From: a virus
IMG/VR virus record: IMGVR_UViG_3300045988_170308
DNA length: 39,707 nucleotides
Reading direction: 5' to 3' (one strand)
In this document: positions 1-8,662 of the stretch, in pieces
Numbering within the stretch: position 1 is the stretch's first letter
Layout: each line of letters starts with the position of its first letter
Notes under the pieces: generated by a model
Told to the model about the DNA's origin: nothing
What the model saw: only the letters and a program-made list of their open reading frames with translations
Database searches by the model: none
Made by a program: the position numbers and the translations under genes

Positions 1-55
1 ATTCATGCCAAATAAAACCATTTTCAACCCTACCCAACCGCCCCTAATCCCGTCT
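1..55. repeat. Terminal direct repeat copy 1 (identical to 39653-39707)
   Basis: attcatgccaaataaaaccattttcaaccctacccaaccgcccctaatcccgtct occurs verbatim at both window ends. Confidence 0.95.
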
Positions 56-80
56 AGACTTCTCGTGAAGACCAGGTAAA

Positions 81-118
81 ACAATAAAAACCCCCAGGTC
101 CAACATGTGAACCTGGGG
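81..118 (-). terminator. Rho-independent terminator-like hairpin (minus strand)
   Basis: 8-bp stem CCCCAGGT / ACCTGGGG (92-99 / 111-118). On the minus strand it is followed by GTTTTTATTGTTTT. Confidence 0.5.
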
Positions 119-201
119 CTTCAGCGTGGAGCCGCCGGGAACTGAATTAACTTACATAAAACTCAATGTAAAAAGGTATTTTAGGGAACTTTTTTGTTCT
201 G

Positions 202-222
202 CATGCCAAATACATGCCAAAT
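202..222. promoter_or_regulatory. Two tandem CATGCCAAAT motifs at 11-bp spacing (putative integrase arm-type sites)
   Basis: catgccaaat at 202-211 and 213-222. The same 10-mer occurs twice, plus one inverted 8-mer, just upstream of int at 39631-39665. Confidence 0.45.
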
Positions 223-240
223 ACAAAGATGTGCCCACAC

Positions 241-280
241 ATAAAAATAAGCCCTACCAAGGCTAAAAACCTGGTAGGGC
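241..280 (-). terminator. Rho-independent terminator after the lysis cassette (minus strand)
   Basis: 9-bp stem GCCCTACCA / TGGTAGGGC (251-259 / 272-280). On the minus strand it is followed by TTATTTTTAT, 9 nt downstream of the stop at 289. Confidence 0.7.
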
Positions 281-288
281 ATCAACGA

Positions 289-768
289 CTAAGCACCATT
301 CCGATCTCGGATCAGATTATCGGTATCTTCACTAATGGCAAGAACGCGTTCCACCGCCGAAGGGATGGTCGGGCGGCCTGGCGGGTCTGGATAGGTTTCC
401 AGCAGCGTGCGAAGCGTCAGCCGCACCTGCACATCTAGGATCCGCTCGGATCTCATGGCGTCGATGGTGTGTTCCATTTCGGCCTGCTGGGTTTCCAGCT
501 TTTCGATCTTCCGCCATAGATCCTCTCGAAGCCGATTACCAGCTTCGAGGGTGAGTTGAAGTTCGCTCTGTGCCAACTGGGCTTTGGCGGTTTCTGCTTC
601 CCGCTCAGCAACAGCGCGCGCCGCCGCTGACTCCAGCGCTTTCGTTCGCCAGAGGGTTCTCTGTACAATCACCGTGGTGGTCAGCGTAGTCACCAGAGTG
701 AGGAGCGCAATACCAATACTCTCGGTAATTCCTAGACCCGATAGCGATAGTCCTGTCACTGGGTCCAT
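289..768 (-). CDS. Membrane-anchored coiled-coil protein, last gene of the lysis cassette (function unknown)
   Basis: ORF 289..807 trimmed to the ATG at 768, which has GGAGG 4 nt upstream. It has an N-terminal hydrophobic helix (IGIALLTLVTTLTTTVIV) followed by a long Ala/Glu/Leu-rich helical region. Confidence 0.6.
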   Translation of the reverse strand: MDPVTGLSLSGLGITESIGIALLTLVTTLTTTVIVQRTLWRTKALESAAARAVAEREAETAKAQLAQSELQLTLEAGNRLREDLWRKIEKLETQQAEMEHTIDAMRSERILDVQVRLTLRTLLETYPDPPGRPTIPSAVERVLAISEDTDNLIRDRNGA

Positions 769-781
769 GTGGCCTCCAGCC

Positions 782-889
782 CTAGGATAGGGCCACCGCG
801 GAATCAACCACTGCCGCCACCAAGGCGGGGTCCAGGCTACGGATCAGCGCCTCAACCGCGGTAAGCAGCACGATTAGCTGGTTGGCCAT
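782..889 (-). CDS. Small 35-aa hydrophobic ORF (MANQLIVLLTAVEALIRSLDPALVAAVVDSAVALS), possible lysis accessory peptide
   Basis: Below the ORF-track size cutoff. The ATG at 889 has GGAGG 7 nt upstream. It overlaps the holin 3' end out of frame and stops 11 nt before the next start. Confidence 0.3.
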   Translation of the reverse strand: MANQLIVLLTAVEALIRSLDPALVAAVVDSAVALS

Positions 890-1170
890 TCCTTCACCTC
901 CCGATGGGCCGGAGTGTGGGTGTCAGCAGTAGTCGCCGGCGTGACGTCAGCAGCTGGAATCACCACCGCCGGCGTGCCCGACGCGCCAACCTTAGACGTT
1001 GCGATAGACGTCAGCACGGATGCGATGGCCGCGGTGACCGCAATGCCCAGGCCGGCTTGCCAGTCCACACTGTAGACGGCATCACCAATCGTGATGGTTG
1101 CCAGCAATGCCTGGGCGAAGGTTCGTGCCGCACGGTCAGCAGCATCAATCCAAAAAATACGGGTCCACAT
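874..1170 (-). CDS. Holin (r1t-holin-like)
   Basis: 98 aa. N-terminal AADRAARTFAQALLATITIG and a second hydrophobic helix GLGIAVTAAIASVLTSIA. Its start codon abuts the endolysin stop. Confidence 0.75.
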   Translation of the reverse strand: MWTRIFWIDAADRAARTFAQALLATITIGDAVYSVDWQAGLGIAVTAAIASVLTSIATSKVGASGTPAVVIPAADVTPATTADTHTPAHREVKEWPTS

Positions 1171-2643
1171 TTACTTGTTTCCTTCCTTGAGTAGAGTTTC
1201 GATCCGGTCGAGGCGCTCCGGGAGCGTGGCTACCGTGCGGGCGATTTCCGGGATGAGCTTGATTTTGTCGGCCACGAAGTCGACAAAGGTTTTGCCTTCG
1301 GTGGCTTTCCAGCCGGTGAAAAGGGGTTTGTTGTCCTGCCATTCGGGACCAACTAGTTGGTCTAGGATCCAACGCACCATGCGTGGTTCTCCTTCTTCTT
1401 GTTGTGGTTGTGGTTGGTTAGGTGAGTCGAGGAGTTCGGCTGCGTAGGCCAGCACCACGTCGAACGGGAAGCCGGGGCCGGGGTCGGTGTGGTCGACCTC
1501 CCGCCAGGCCTCGGAGATTTCCGCATGGCCATGAACGCCACGAGCCCCGGCGCGGAGTTGATCGGCGTCGATGAACTCTAGGGGGATGTCGTAGAGTTGC
1601 GACCAGCTGGCGATTTGTTCGGCGGTCCGCCGCAGCTTTGCGTCGTCGGCAAGCCAGTCTTCGCGGCTCATGCTGGCGTAGCCTGTCAAACTGATGTGCA
1701 GGCAGCGGGCGTTGCCGGTGGGGCCTGCTGCGTACGGCATGAAATCATCCGTGTTGCACAAAATTAAAATGCCGTCGGCGCCGGCGAGCACGTTATAGCT
1801 GGAGCCGTTAGCGGGGTTTGTTTGCCACTGGGCGACGGCAATGCCGTCTCGTTCTGGCGGGCACTCCACTGTGTGGACGCAGATCGACTGAATAGTATCG
1901 AGGGAGCGGTAGCCGACGCCGGGCATGTCCGCGGTGAAATCAGCATCGTATCGGATTTCCATGGTTCCTCCTTCTTCTTGGGTTGGGGTTTCAGGTATGG
2001 GGTTGGGGGCGCGTGATGCGGTGCCGTTTGGGTGTTGACCCCAGTAGTCGCCGAGCACGAAATTGATATCGCAGTCGATGCTGCCCACGGTCTCGCTACC
2101 CGGGCGCTGGTACAGCACTGCTTCCGTGGATAGGACGCCTCCGCTCCAGGCCGCAGTCTGCCACGCCAGGAACTTTCCGCCGCCCAAGTCAGCAATGAGC
2201 GCATCTGCGGCAGCCCAAGCGATCACCCTGGAATGCCCGTAAATACCGACTCGTTCACGCCCCAAGACTTCACAGCAGGCACGAAAATATTCGGAGGCAA
2301 CGCCGTTCCACTCGTCAAGGCTGATAGGGAAATCCACCGCAAAGAACACGGGATGTTCAGAACAGTCGAGCTCGTCGAGTTTCTGCTGGGCCGCCTGGGC
2401 ATCGGCCAAACCACCGTTATAGCCGCGCATCACGTCGGAATCATCTTCTTTTCCGAACTGCCATACGAAAGCGACCCCCAGGCCATGCGCCTGGAGGTCA
2501 CCTAGTTCAGCCTTCTGGATGGGTTTACCTAGCATCCAGCTGGCCCTGGGTGGACTGATGTAGCGGATCACGCCATCATGGCCAGCAGCGCGAATCGCCG
2601 CAGCTGGCGGCACGCCAGCACTGTAATCAAGAATTGTTAACAA
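1171..2643 (-). CDS. Endolysin (lysin A-type): glycoside-hydrolase-like N-domain plus N-acetylmuramoyl-L-alanine amidase domain
   Basis: 490 aa. The N-terminal DUF1906/GH25-like region contains GVIRYISPP and GLGVAFVWQFG. The central amidase_2/PGRP-like region contains ICVHTVECP, HGHAEIS and HTDPGPGFP. It lies immediately upstream of the holin. Confidence 0.85.
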   Translation of the reverse strand: MLTILDYSAGVPPAAAIRAAGHDGVIRYISPPRASWMLGKPIQKAELGDLQAHGLGVAFVWQFGKEDDSDVMRGYNGGLADAQAAQQKLDELDCSEHPVFFAVDFPISLDEWNGVASEYFRACCEVLGRERVGIYGHSRVIAWAAADALIADLGGGKFLAWQTAAWSGGVLSTEAVLYQRPGSETVGSIDCDINFVLGDYWGQHPNGTASRAPNPIPETPTQEEGGTMEIRYDADFTADMPGVGYRSLDTIQSICVHTVECPPERDGIAVAQWQTNPANGSSYNVLAGADGILILCNTDDFMPYAAGPTGNARCLHISLTGYASMSREDWLADDAKLRRTAEQIASWSQLYDIPLEFIDADQLRAGARGVHGHAEISEAWREVDHTDPGPGFPFDVVLAYAAELLDSPNQPQPQQEEGEPRMVRWILDQLVGPEWQDNKPLFTGWKATEGKTFVDFVADKIKLIPEIARTVATLPERLDRIETLLKEGNK

Positions 2644-2653
2644 TGTTTTCTCC

Positions 2654-3439
2654 TTATTGGAAAGTCATAGGCGGCATGGGGTGAGCACCGTGCAAGCCCA
2701 GTGTGCGGCGGATGAAATCAATCCCCCGGGGGCGGACACGAGTCGTGTGCGTTACCACCTGGGTGCCGTTCGAACGGGTATAGCCGCCGGCCTTCACCTC
2801 GAAATAGGTTGCGTAGCGTTGGTATGGGGTGTTCCGCATATCGCCTTTAGTAATCAAGATGCCCCGGTTCCGTAGCTCACGGAAAAGCGTGTTCTGGCCG
2901 ATGCCTAGCATTTTCGCCACCGTGCCCATGCTGTAGGAGCCGGTGGAATCAATAAAACAGTCGTAGGCATCCGCCTTCGGCCGAAGCTGCTTATTAGCAG
3001 CCTCTAAGGCCAGGCGTTCCTCTTCAGCATTGAGCGCAATTAAAAGAATCTCAGAACGGGTCAACTGCGACGGGTCAAACGCCGGCGCCATGCGGGCACG
3101 CTTTTCCACCTCGATGAAATAGCGGCGGGCTTGCCTACCCTTCGCGGAGCGCTGGATCATGGCAATCTCCTTTGCCATGTCCAAAGACACAACATGATTC
3201 AACCGCGGCCGAGACGGCATTCCCGCAGGTGACGCCGAATGCTCATTTTTGAGCGCATAGTCCACCCCCTCCTCAAAACCATAGGCAACCATTCGCGGCC
3301 ACCAATCTTTATAGGGGGTTTTCACTTCCAGAAAACTATGAAGATCACGCCCCAACACCGCCTGAACGCCCTCCCCCATGTTCGTAATAGGGATGAGCTG
3401 GCCGCCACCTGGTGTATGATTATTATCTGGTTTCGACAT
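2654..3439 (-). CDS. Antirepressor, AntA-like N-domain plus KilAC C-domain
   Basis: 261 aa. The AntA-like N-terminus includes LHSFLEVKTPYKDWWPRMVAYGFEEGVDY. The KilAC-type C-terminus includes PKADAYDCFIDSTGSYSMGTVAKMLGIGQNTLFRELR. The C-domain is paralogous to ORF 20386..21174. Confidence 0.75.
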   Translation of the reverse strand: MSKPDNNHTPGGGQLIPITNMGEGVQAVLGRDLHSFLEVKTPYKDWWPRMVAYGFEEGVDYALKNEHSASPAGMPSRPRLNHVVSLDMAKEIAMIQRSAKGRQARRYFIEVEKRARMAPAFDPSQLTRSEILLIALNAEEERLALEAANKQLRPKADAYDCFIDSTGSYSMGTVAKMLGIGQNTLFRELRNRGILITKGDMRNTPYQRYATYFEVKAGGYTRSNGTQVVTHTTRVRPRGIDFIRRTLGLHGAHPMPPMTFQ

Positions 3440-3474
3440 GAAGAGTCTCCTTTCGAAATTATTTTTGTATTAGA

Positions 3475-3513
3475 AAACCCGCGGCCTCACATTTTTAGGA
3501 GGGCCGCGGGTTT
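3475..3513 (-). terminator. Rho-independent terminator after the tail fibre gene (minus strand)
   Basis: 12-bp perfect stem AAACCCGCGGCC / GGCCGCGGGTTT. On the minus strand the stem runs into TTTTC. Confidence 0.7.
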
Positions 3514-3551
3514 CCGCATTTGTTGCTAGTGTTAGTGCAGGGTTTTGGCTG

Positions 3552-4754
3552 TTAGTTAATGGCGAAATCTCGAATGTACATGCCCATGCCGTACCCAGTC
3601 TTTGCTGCAGGGTCCGAGAAATTCACGCTCACCACACCTTCCCTTGTGATGGTGCACCAGCCGGGGGCGCTGCGTTTCTCCGGGCTGGTGAGGAAGAAAT
3701 CCACATCCCGATTCGGGGGCCGGAACTTCGGCGGAAGGGTCCCTTTCACACCAGCAGAAGCACCGCTGACAGCAACCCACACCATCGCGCCAATCCGGGT
3801 GAGAATGATTTCACCGTCATTCCACCGGATCAGATCATCTTCCGGCACGTCAAGACGACGATTCACCTCCTTGATTTTGGTATCAACATAGCCCTTATTA
3901 GCAATATGAGTAGCGGTGACGGGATCACCAATATCCGCATGACCAGCATCACTACGAATCATGAGGGAAGCCTGGCCAGGAGTCAGGAATGCTGAGGCCA
4001 CCGGCGGAAGACCCTGAATATCACGGATCTGGTGCGTATGCTCCTTATCAGCCTTCTCCAGCCGGAGCTTGTTATCGGCTTTGTCCACATAGTCCTTGTT
4101 GGTTGCATGAGCCGGCTCAGTGATCGAGGGCGTGGTGATAGCGATCCGACCATCCGCCTTGGTCTTCACAAACGCAGCCCGTTGCACATCATGATGAATA
4201 CTGAAATCCACATCCCCCGCAGTAATAACCTTAGGCTCAGCAGCAGTACCAGTCAGATCTCCAGCAAGTTGGATTTTGCCCTGCACGGTAGCGGTAGCAG
4301 GAGGCGTCGGTTGTGCCGCAGCAGTGGCGTTTTCCGCAGCAGTTGCTGCTTTCTTCGCCGCCACCTCAGCAGCGCGTTCTGCAGTGATGGCACCCTGCCA
4401 GGCAGCATAGGCGCGGTCAGCATCCGCCGCTACCGCTGATTCCACTGACGGCCGGTACTGGAAACTGCGCTCCATACACGTACGCAGCGACACCGGACCC
4501 GTTCCCTCAGGGACCACAACCTCAAACGGGGCACTGCCACGCACGGATTGGGTACGGATCTGCACCAGCAGCGGGCCAGACTCTACCTGGACCTCGGCTT
4601 TGCCGTCGGTCAGATCAACATGCACGGGGGCTGTCATGATAACCGACCCCGTGAAATCGGCGGAGCCGCGGAGCGCTGGTGCTTGCAAGAGCACGTAGTC
4701 CTCGGGGTGGGGTTTACCGCCCACATCGCGCAGGTCAATGATGAGTGTTCGCAT
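3552..4754 (-). CDS. Tail fibre / minor tail protein
   Basis: 400 aa at the end of the tail module. It has fibre-type repeated motifs ATNKDYVDKADNK and IANKGYVDTKIKE and an Ala-rich helical segment. Confidence 0.65.
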   Translation of the reverse strand: MRTLIIDLRDVGGKPHPEDYVLLQAPALRGSADFTGSVIMTAPVHVDLTDGKAEVQVESGPLLVQIRTQSVRGSAPFEVVVPEGTGPVSLRTCMERSFQYRPSVESAVAADADRAYAAWQGAITAERAAEVAAKKAATAAENATAAAQPTPPATATVQGKIQLAGDLTGTAAEPKVITAGDVDFSIHHDVQRAAFVKTKADGRIAITTPSITEPAHATNKDYVDKADNKLRLEKADKEHTHQIRDIQGLPPVASAFLTPGQASLMIRSDAGHADIGDPVTATHIANKGYVDTKIKEVNRRLDVPEDDLIRWNDGEIILTRIGAMVWVAVSGASAGVKGTLPPKFRPPNRDVDFFLTSPEKRSAPGWCTITREGVVSVNFSDPAAKTGYGMGMYIRDFAIN

Positions 4755-4774
4755 ATTTTTCCTCCTTGTTGGTT

Positions 4775-5668
4775 TTATACTTCGTCTCGAACAGTCTGCT
4801 CACCGAGGTTTTCCACCTCATGCGAGTGGCGGATAGCAGAAAAACTTGAATAGCGGGTGCCGCCATAGCATGTTCGCCAGTTCGCCATGTAGATCTGGAT
4901 CTTTGCCTTATACCCAGGCCGGTCAACCACCACCGGTTCCGTTGCCAGCACAAGCGACTGCGCGTACTGTTGCGGGGTCTCAAAAGTCGCCGCGACCTCG
5001 TGGTACAACTGACCTTCAGGCGTGTACACCAGCAGGTTCACATCGCAGTACCCCCAGCCGGTATAAATGGTTTTCCCAATATGGCACCTGGCGTTAAACG
5101 TCCACAAGCCCTTCGCGTCCAGCACAATCATGCCGTTTTCCGTATCCAAATGCGCATTCTTCGCAGGACCCACTTGTCCCTTAAAGGGCAAAGTCCGCGC
5201 TGTATTTGCCTGCCAGGCGCTATTTAGATTCACCGTCTGATACGCGCACACATAGCCCGGCGCGCCGTCGAGCAGGTCGATGCGGTCGTTGAGGGCGAGC
5301 TGGCCGGAGAGGCCGGTCTTGATTTCTTTCTGCATCGGTTTGATGAGACTGCCTACGGCGTCGAAGACCCGGTTCAGTAGGCTGCCGATGAATTCGAGGC
5401 CGGTCTTGACGACGAAGGTGGCGCCGGTGGCGAGAGCCCGGAAGATGTCGGCGATGCCACTGAGTACGGTTTTGCCTAGGTCGGCCATGAGCTCGGGCAA
5501 ACCTTTCTTTCCGAAGGGCATGGCTTCGAGCGCCTGTTGCCGGGCGCGGTCTTTGACGGTTTGTTCGGTGTAGGGGGTGATTGTTTTGACCTGGGCACCT
5601 ACTAGCGTGTCCCCGGTGGTTTTTAGTGGGTAGTCGCCGCTTTCGATGAGGGCCTTTGGGTCAGTCAT
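4775..5668 (-). CDS. Minor tail protein, candidate receptor-binding protein
   Basis: 297 aa between the Tal-associated genes and the fibre gene. It has an N-terminal helical region and a beta-rich C-terminal half. The call rests on position and composition only. Confidence 0.5.
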   Translation of the reverse strand: MTDPKALIESGDYPLKTTGDTLVGAQVKTITPYTEQTVKDRARQQALEAMPFGKKGLPELMADLGKTVLSGIADIFRALATGATFVVKTGLEFIGSLLNRVFDAVGSLIKPMQKEIKTGLSGQLALNDRIDLLDGAPGYVCAYQTVNLNSAWQANTARTLPFKGQVGPAKNAHLDTENGMIVLDAKGLWTFNARCHIGKTIYTGWGYCDVNLLVYTPEGQLYHEVAATFETPQQYAQSLVLATEPVVVDRPGYKAKIQIYMANWRTCYGGTRYSSFSAIRHSHEVENLGEQTVRDEV

Positions 5669-6059
5669 AGTTTACTTTCGCCTCCTGCCGTGTGGTGGGT
5701 TCTGGGGGTGTGAGATCTGTAGTGAGCTGGTCGAGCAGGGCGCGTTTTTCCGCCATGGACAGGTGGGAAATGTCCGGGGCGGTTACTTCCGGTGGTAGTG
5801 GTTGGTTGATGTCTACCCATTTGCCGCCGGCTGCGGTGATCCAATCATGGGGGCCGCGGGGTGGCACGTATTTTATTTCCTGGAGTTCTGGGTGGTGGCG
5901 GAAGCCGCACCGGTAGAGGTGTTCCGACCATTGCCTAAGCGTGCTGGTGGGGACCACGAGGGGCGCGGATGCGGCGGGGCCAGCCAGGCCGACAAGGGCC
6001 CAGAGGGCGTGTTCTTCGGGGGATTCCGCGTCGCAAGCAGTTTGGAGAGGGATAGGCAT
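5661..6059 (-). CDS. Hypothetical protein in the tail-tip module
   Basis: 132 aa. It is translationally coupled on both sides through overlapping start and stop codons. No motif was recognised with certainty. Confidence 0.5.
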   Translation of the reverse strand: MPIPLQTACDAESPEEHALWALVGLAGPAASAPLVVPTSTLRQWSEHLYRCGFRHHPELQEIKYVPPRGPHDWITAAGGKWVDINQPLPPEVTAPDISHLSMAEKRALLDQLTTDLTPPEPTTRQEAKVNYD

Positions 6060-7747
6060 TAGATGACTCCTAGATCATGGATACTGCTCATGGAAGATTT
6101 CACTCTGGTGAGGATTTGTTCCAGGGGTGAGTGCTGGGCCTGGGGGTCACCGCAGACACACGCCCAACCGCGGGTGTCGCGGTCAAGTTCGTAGGTGATT
6201 TCAGTGACCTGCTCCACCACTACCTGGTCGCCAGGGAGGCCTTTGATGGTGGCGCCGATCCGATCACCCAGGAAGAAATGGCCCTGGCCCCGGTCACCGA
6301 TAAACCATGGGGCGCCATCGCCGAGGGTGAGTTTGTGGGAGGTTTTTTCGCGGGTGTCCCAAAACCCCTCCCGGAGCGCGGCCAGAGCGGAAAGCGTGTA
6401 GCCGCGGTCTGCCCCGTCGGCGAAATGCTCCCAGTATTTTGACCAGCCGAGGGTGCGGCTACGCTGGATCGACTTGAGTGACATCCAGGCCAAAATAGTG
6501 TCCTCGTAGAAGGGTTTGAGGAGAGTATCCGCAATGACGCCGATGGTCGGTGTGGCAATGAACATACCCAGGTAATTACCAACCAGTGTCACCAGGGAGG
6601 ATAGGGCTTCGTTGACGCCGTAGGTGGAGTGGCCGCCAGTGAGGATTTGCACCGCGGTAGCGGGTTCCCAGGTGAAATCCGCGGCCTCTATACCGGTTAG
6701 CGGAGCATCCCGGTACAGCACATAAGGGCACTGGGGGATGGTGCCAAGCCAATTCGGGGCAGAATACTTCACCGGGATATTTGGGTTGGGGATCACTGTG
6801 TGCTCGGTGTCAACGTTATGTCCAACCAGTTGTTGGGTGGTGCGGAGGAAGCCTTCCCGGATAGTGCCCCACAAGGAGGTTCCTTCAGGATCAAACCACG
6901 AGGATTTGTCCACAATGTCGATAATCAGGCACCCGTGCCGGATTTTCGCACCCGGCCACGGGAGCGGATCCCCTGTCAGGTACCTGCGGCAGTCCACCAT
7001 CAGCTGGGCCTGCCGCAGCGGGCCAACTGCCATATCATGCCACGTTTTCATCCGCGACGAAATAATGGTCCACGGGGTGGTATCCCCACCGATCCGCCCC
7101 GGCGCGACCTGAATCGCCCAGGTGCGGGGGTTGAATGTGTCGGTCCATTCGGTAAGGTCGAGTGGGTCGTCGGGGAGCGCCCACACGGACCCCTCCAAGC
7201 GCCAGATGTTGAGCATGAGGGCGGTTTTGAGTGCCCACCGGGTGGGGCCTAGCAACATAAACGTGCGGGGAAACTGGACCGCTGCCGGGGTGAGCGGGTT
7301 CGGCCACACATAAACGTGTTTCAGCTCTTCGTAGTCGTGGAGGAAATTCAGCTCCAGGTATCTTTGGCCCGTGCGTTCTTTCACTAGGCGGGTGGATTTC
7401 AGGCGGCCGGACCACCTGGCCCCATCTTTGTCCATGGTGACATGGATGTTTTTTGTGGGGCGACTATGGTGGTCGAGGGCCCAAGTGGCAAGCCAGTGAT
7501 CTATCGGGATGGTGATGGTACCGGCCCCGGTGTCGTTGAGTTTCCACTGGAATTTGGCGTGGATGGCGTCTACCAGTCGGCCTTTGAGGTTCCAGTCACC
7601 GTCCCAAAACCGGATAAGAGGTGGGGTACGGCGGGCTAGGATGCGGCCCCGCCTGAGGGTTTGACCTTTCCGCCACACGGCCTCTAGCCGGTCTAGGGTG
7701 GTTTGGTCGAGGTTTTGGGTGCCCGGCATGAGGTGCAGGATGGTCAT
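6059..7747 (-). CDS. Tail-associated lysin / Tal-like minor tail protein
   Basis: Large ORF directly after Dit. The start was trimmed to the ATG at 7747, which has AGGAGG 6 nt upstream and a TAATG overlap with the Dit stop. The call is by position. Confidence 0.6.
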   Translation of the reverse strand: MTILHLMPGTQNLDQTTLDRLEAVWRKGQTLRRGRILARRTPPLIRFWDGDWNLKGRLVDAIHAKFQWKLNDTGAGTITIPIDHWLATWALDHHSRPTKNIHVTMDKDGARWSGRLKSTRLVKERTGQRYLELNFLHDYEELKHVYVWPNPLTPAAVQFPRTFMLLGPTRWALKTALMLNIWRLEGSVWALPDDPLDLTEWTDTFNPRTWAIQVAPGRIGGDTTPWTIISSRMKTWHDMAVGPLRQAQLMVDCRRYLTGDPLPWPGAKIRHGCLIIDIVDKSSWFDPEGTSLWGTIREGFLRTTQQLVGHNVDTEHTVIPNPNIPVKYSAPNWLGTIPQCPYVLYRDAPLTGIEAADFTWEPATAVQILTGGHSTYGVNEALSSLVTLVGNYLGMFIATPTIGVIADTLLKPFYEDTILAWMSLKSIQRSRTLGWSKYWEHFADGADRGYTLSALAALREGFWDTREKTSHKLTLGDGAPWFIGDRGQGHFFLGDRIGATIKGLPGDQVVVEQVTEITYELDRDTRGWACVCGDPQAQHSPLEQILTRVKSSMSSIHDLGVI

Positions 7748-8637
7748 TAGAGCCTCCTTCCGCCCCAAGGCCTGGTCCAATATTCGACCATGCGGCATTG
7801 GATGGATGACTCCGTGCCCCCGGTTAATGCGGCGCTTACCGGCACTACGGTGGGCGGTGTGTGGGGTGGGAGTGGGTAGAGGAAATCCACACCAGCAAAC
7901 CGGCCGGCCACATTGGAGCCGTTGGCGGCTACGTAGCGTTCATGGCGTGGATAGGTGTCGATCGTCAAATCTTCCCCGGGGCGGAGTTGTGGGGTGGTGA
8001 TGGTGCGGCGCCCATCGCGGCCAGTGGGGTCCGCGAAATCATAATCAGGGATAGTCCACTGGCCGGGTGCGGTCATCGCCCACTGCAACCATAGAGGCCG
8101 ATCGGTGGGGTTATGCACCGTCAGCGTGCCGCTGGTGCTGCCTGGGGTGGCCTTGAACGCTGCCACGTGCGTGTCCCCTTTCCAGAATGGGAACGGGGCG
8201 CGCAGGTTCAAGATGAGCTTGGAGTGGTGGAGAAACCTGGGGTCCTTCTTCGACTGTGTTTTACTCTCCTTGAGCTTGACAACCTCTAGGGTGCGGCACT
8301 CACTGTTGGTAGTAACCATGATGGTGGCGGGAGTATCCGGGGCGAAGCCCGAATAAAAACGGGACTCGATGGTTTCCCAGTCGCCGGTATCACCGTAGAT
8401 ATCAAACCCCAGCACCAGGTCGATGGGGTCGATAGTGTGGCCCAGGTAGGTGGACCCCTCCTGGAACGCCGACTGCTGCCAGATCCCCGAGATCGGCGCC
8501 TCATCAAATAGACCCTGGGGGTCCTCGGCCAGTTCGACGCCTTCCGCGCCCACACCCGCACCGGAAACAGTCCACGTGCGACCGTGGATGTCCGTGATGT
8601 CGATGCGGGCGGGGGTTCCAATATCCAACACAACCAA
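7747..8637 (-). CDS. Distal tail protein (Dit-like)
   Basis: 296 aa immediately downstream of the tape measure gene. RBS GAAAGGAG lies upstream of the TTG/GTG start. This is the conserved siphovirus order. Confidence 0.6.
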   Translation of the reverse strand: MVVLDIGTPARIDITDIHGRTWTVSGAGVGAEGVELAEDPQGLFDEAPISGIWQQSAFQEGSTYLGHTIDPIDLVLGFDIYGDTGDWETIESRFYSGFAPDTPATIMVTTNSECRTLEVVKLKESKTQSKKDPRFLHHSKLILNLRAPFPFWKGDTHVAAFKATPGSTSGTLTVHNPTDRPLWLQWAMTAPGQWTIPDYDFADPTGRDGRRTITTPQLRPGEDLTIDTYPRHERYVAANGSNVAGRFAGVDFLYPLPPHTPPTVVPVSAALTGGTESSIQCRMVEYWTRPWGGRRL

Positions 8638-8662
8638 CCAGCTCCTTTCAACGGTGTACCGG

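Noticed and set aside
1-55. Terminal 55-bp repeats considered as IS or transposon ends
   Set aside because: The repeats are direct, not inverted, and no transposase is present. The enclosed content is a complete phage, so an att duplication or circular-assembly overlap explains them better.
127-146. tggagccgccgggaactgaa resembles the reverse complement of a tRNA 3' end (acceptor plus T-loop), suggesting a tRNA-derived attP core
   Set aside because: When folded, the putative T-loop would read TTCAGTT with G at position 58 and no complementary T-stem 5' strand. The resemblance is too weak without a host tRNA match. It is kept only as something to test by BLAST.
214-438. 74-aa plus-strand ORF starting inside the CATGCCAAAT repeats
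   Set aside because: It runs through a minus-strand terminator hairpin and the 3' end of the last lysis gene. It has no RBS, and its composition is not protein-like.
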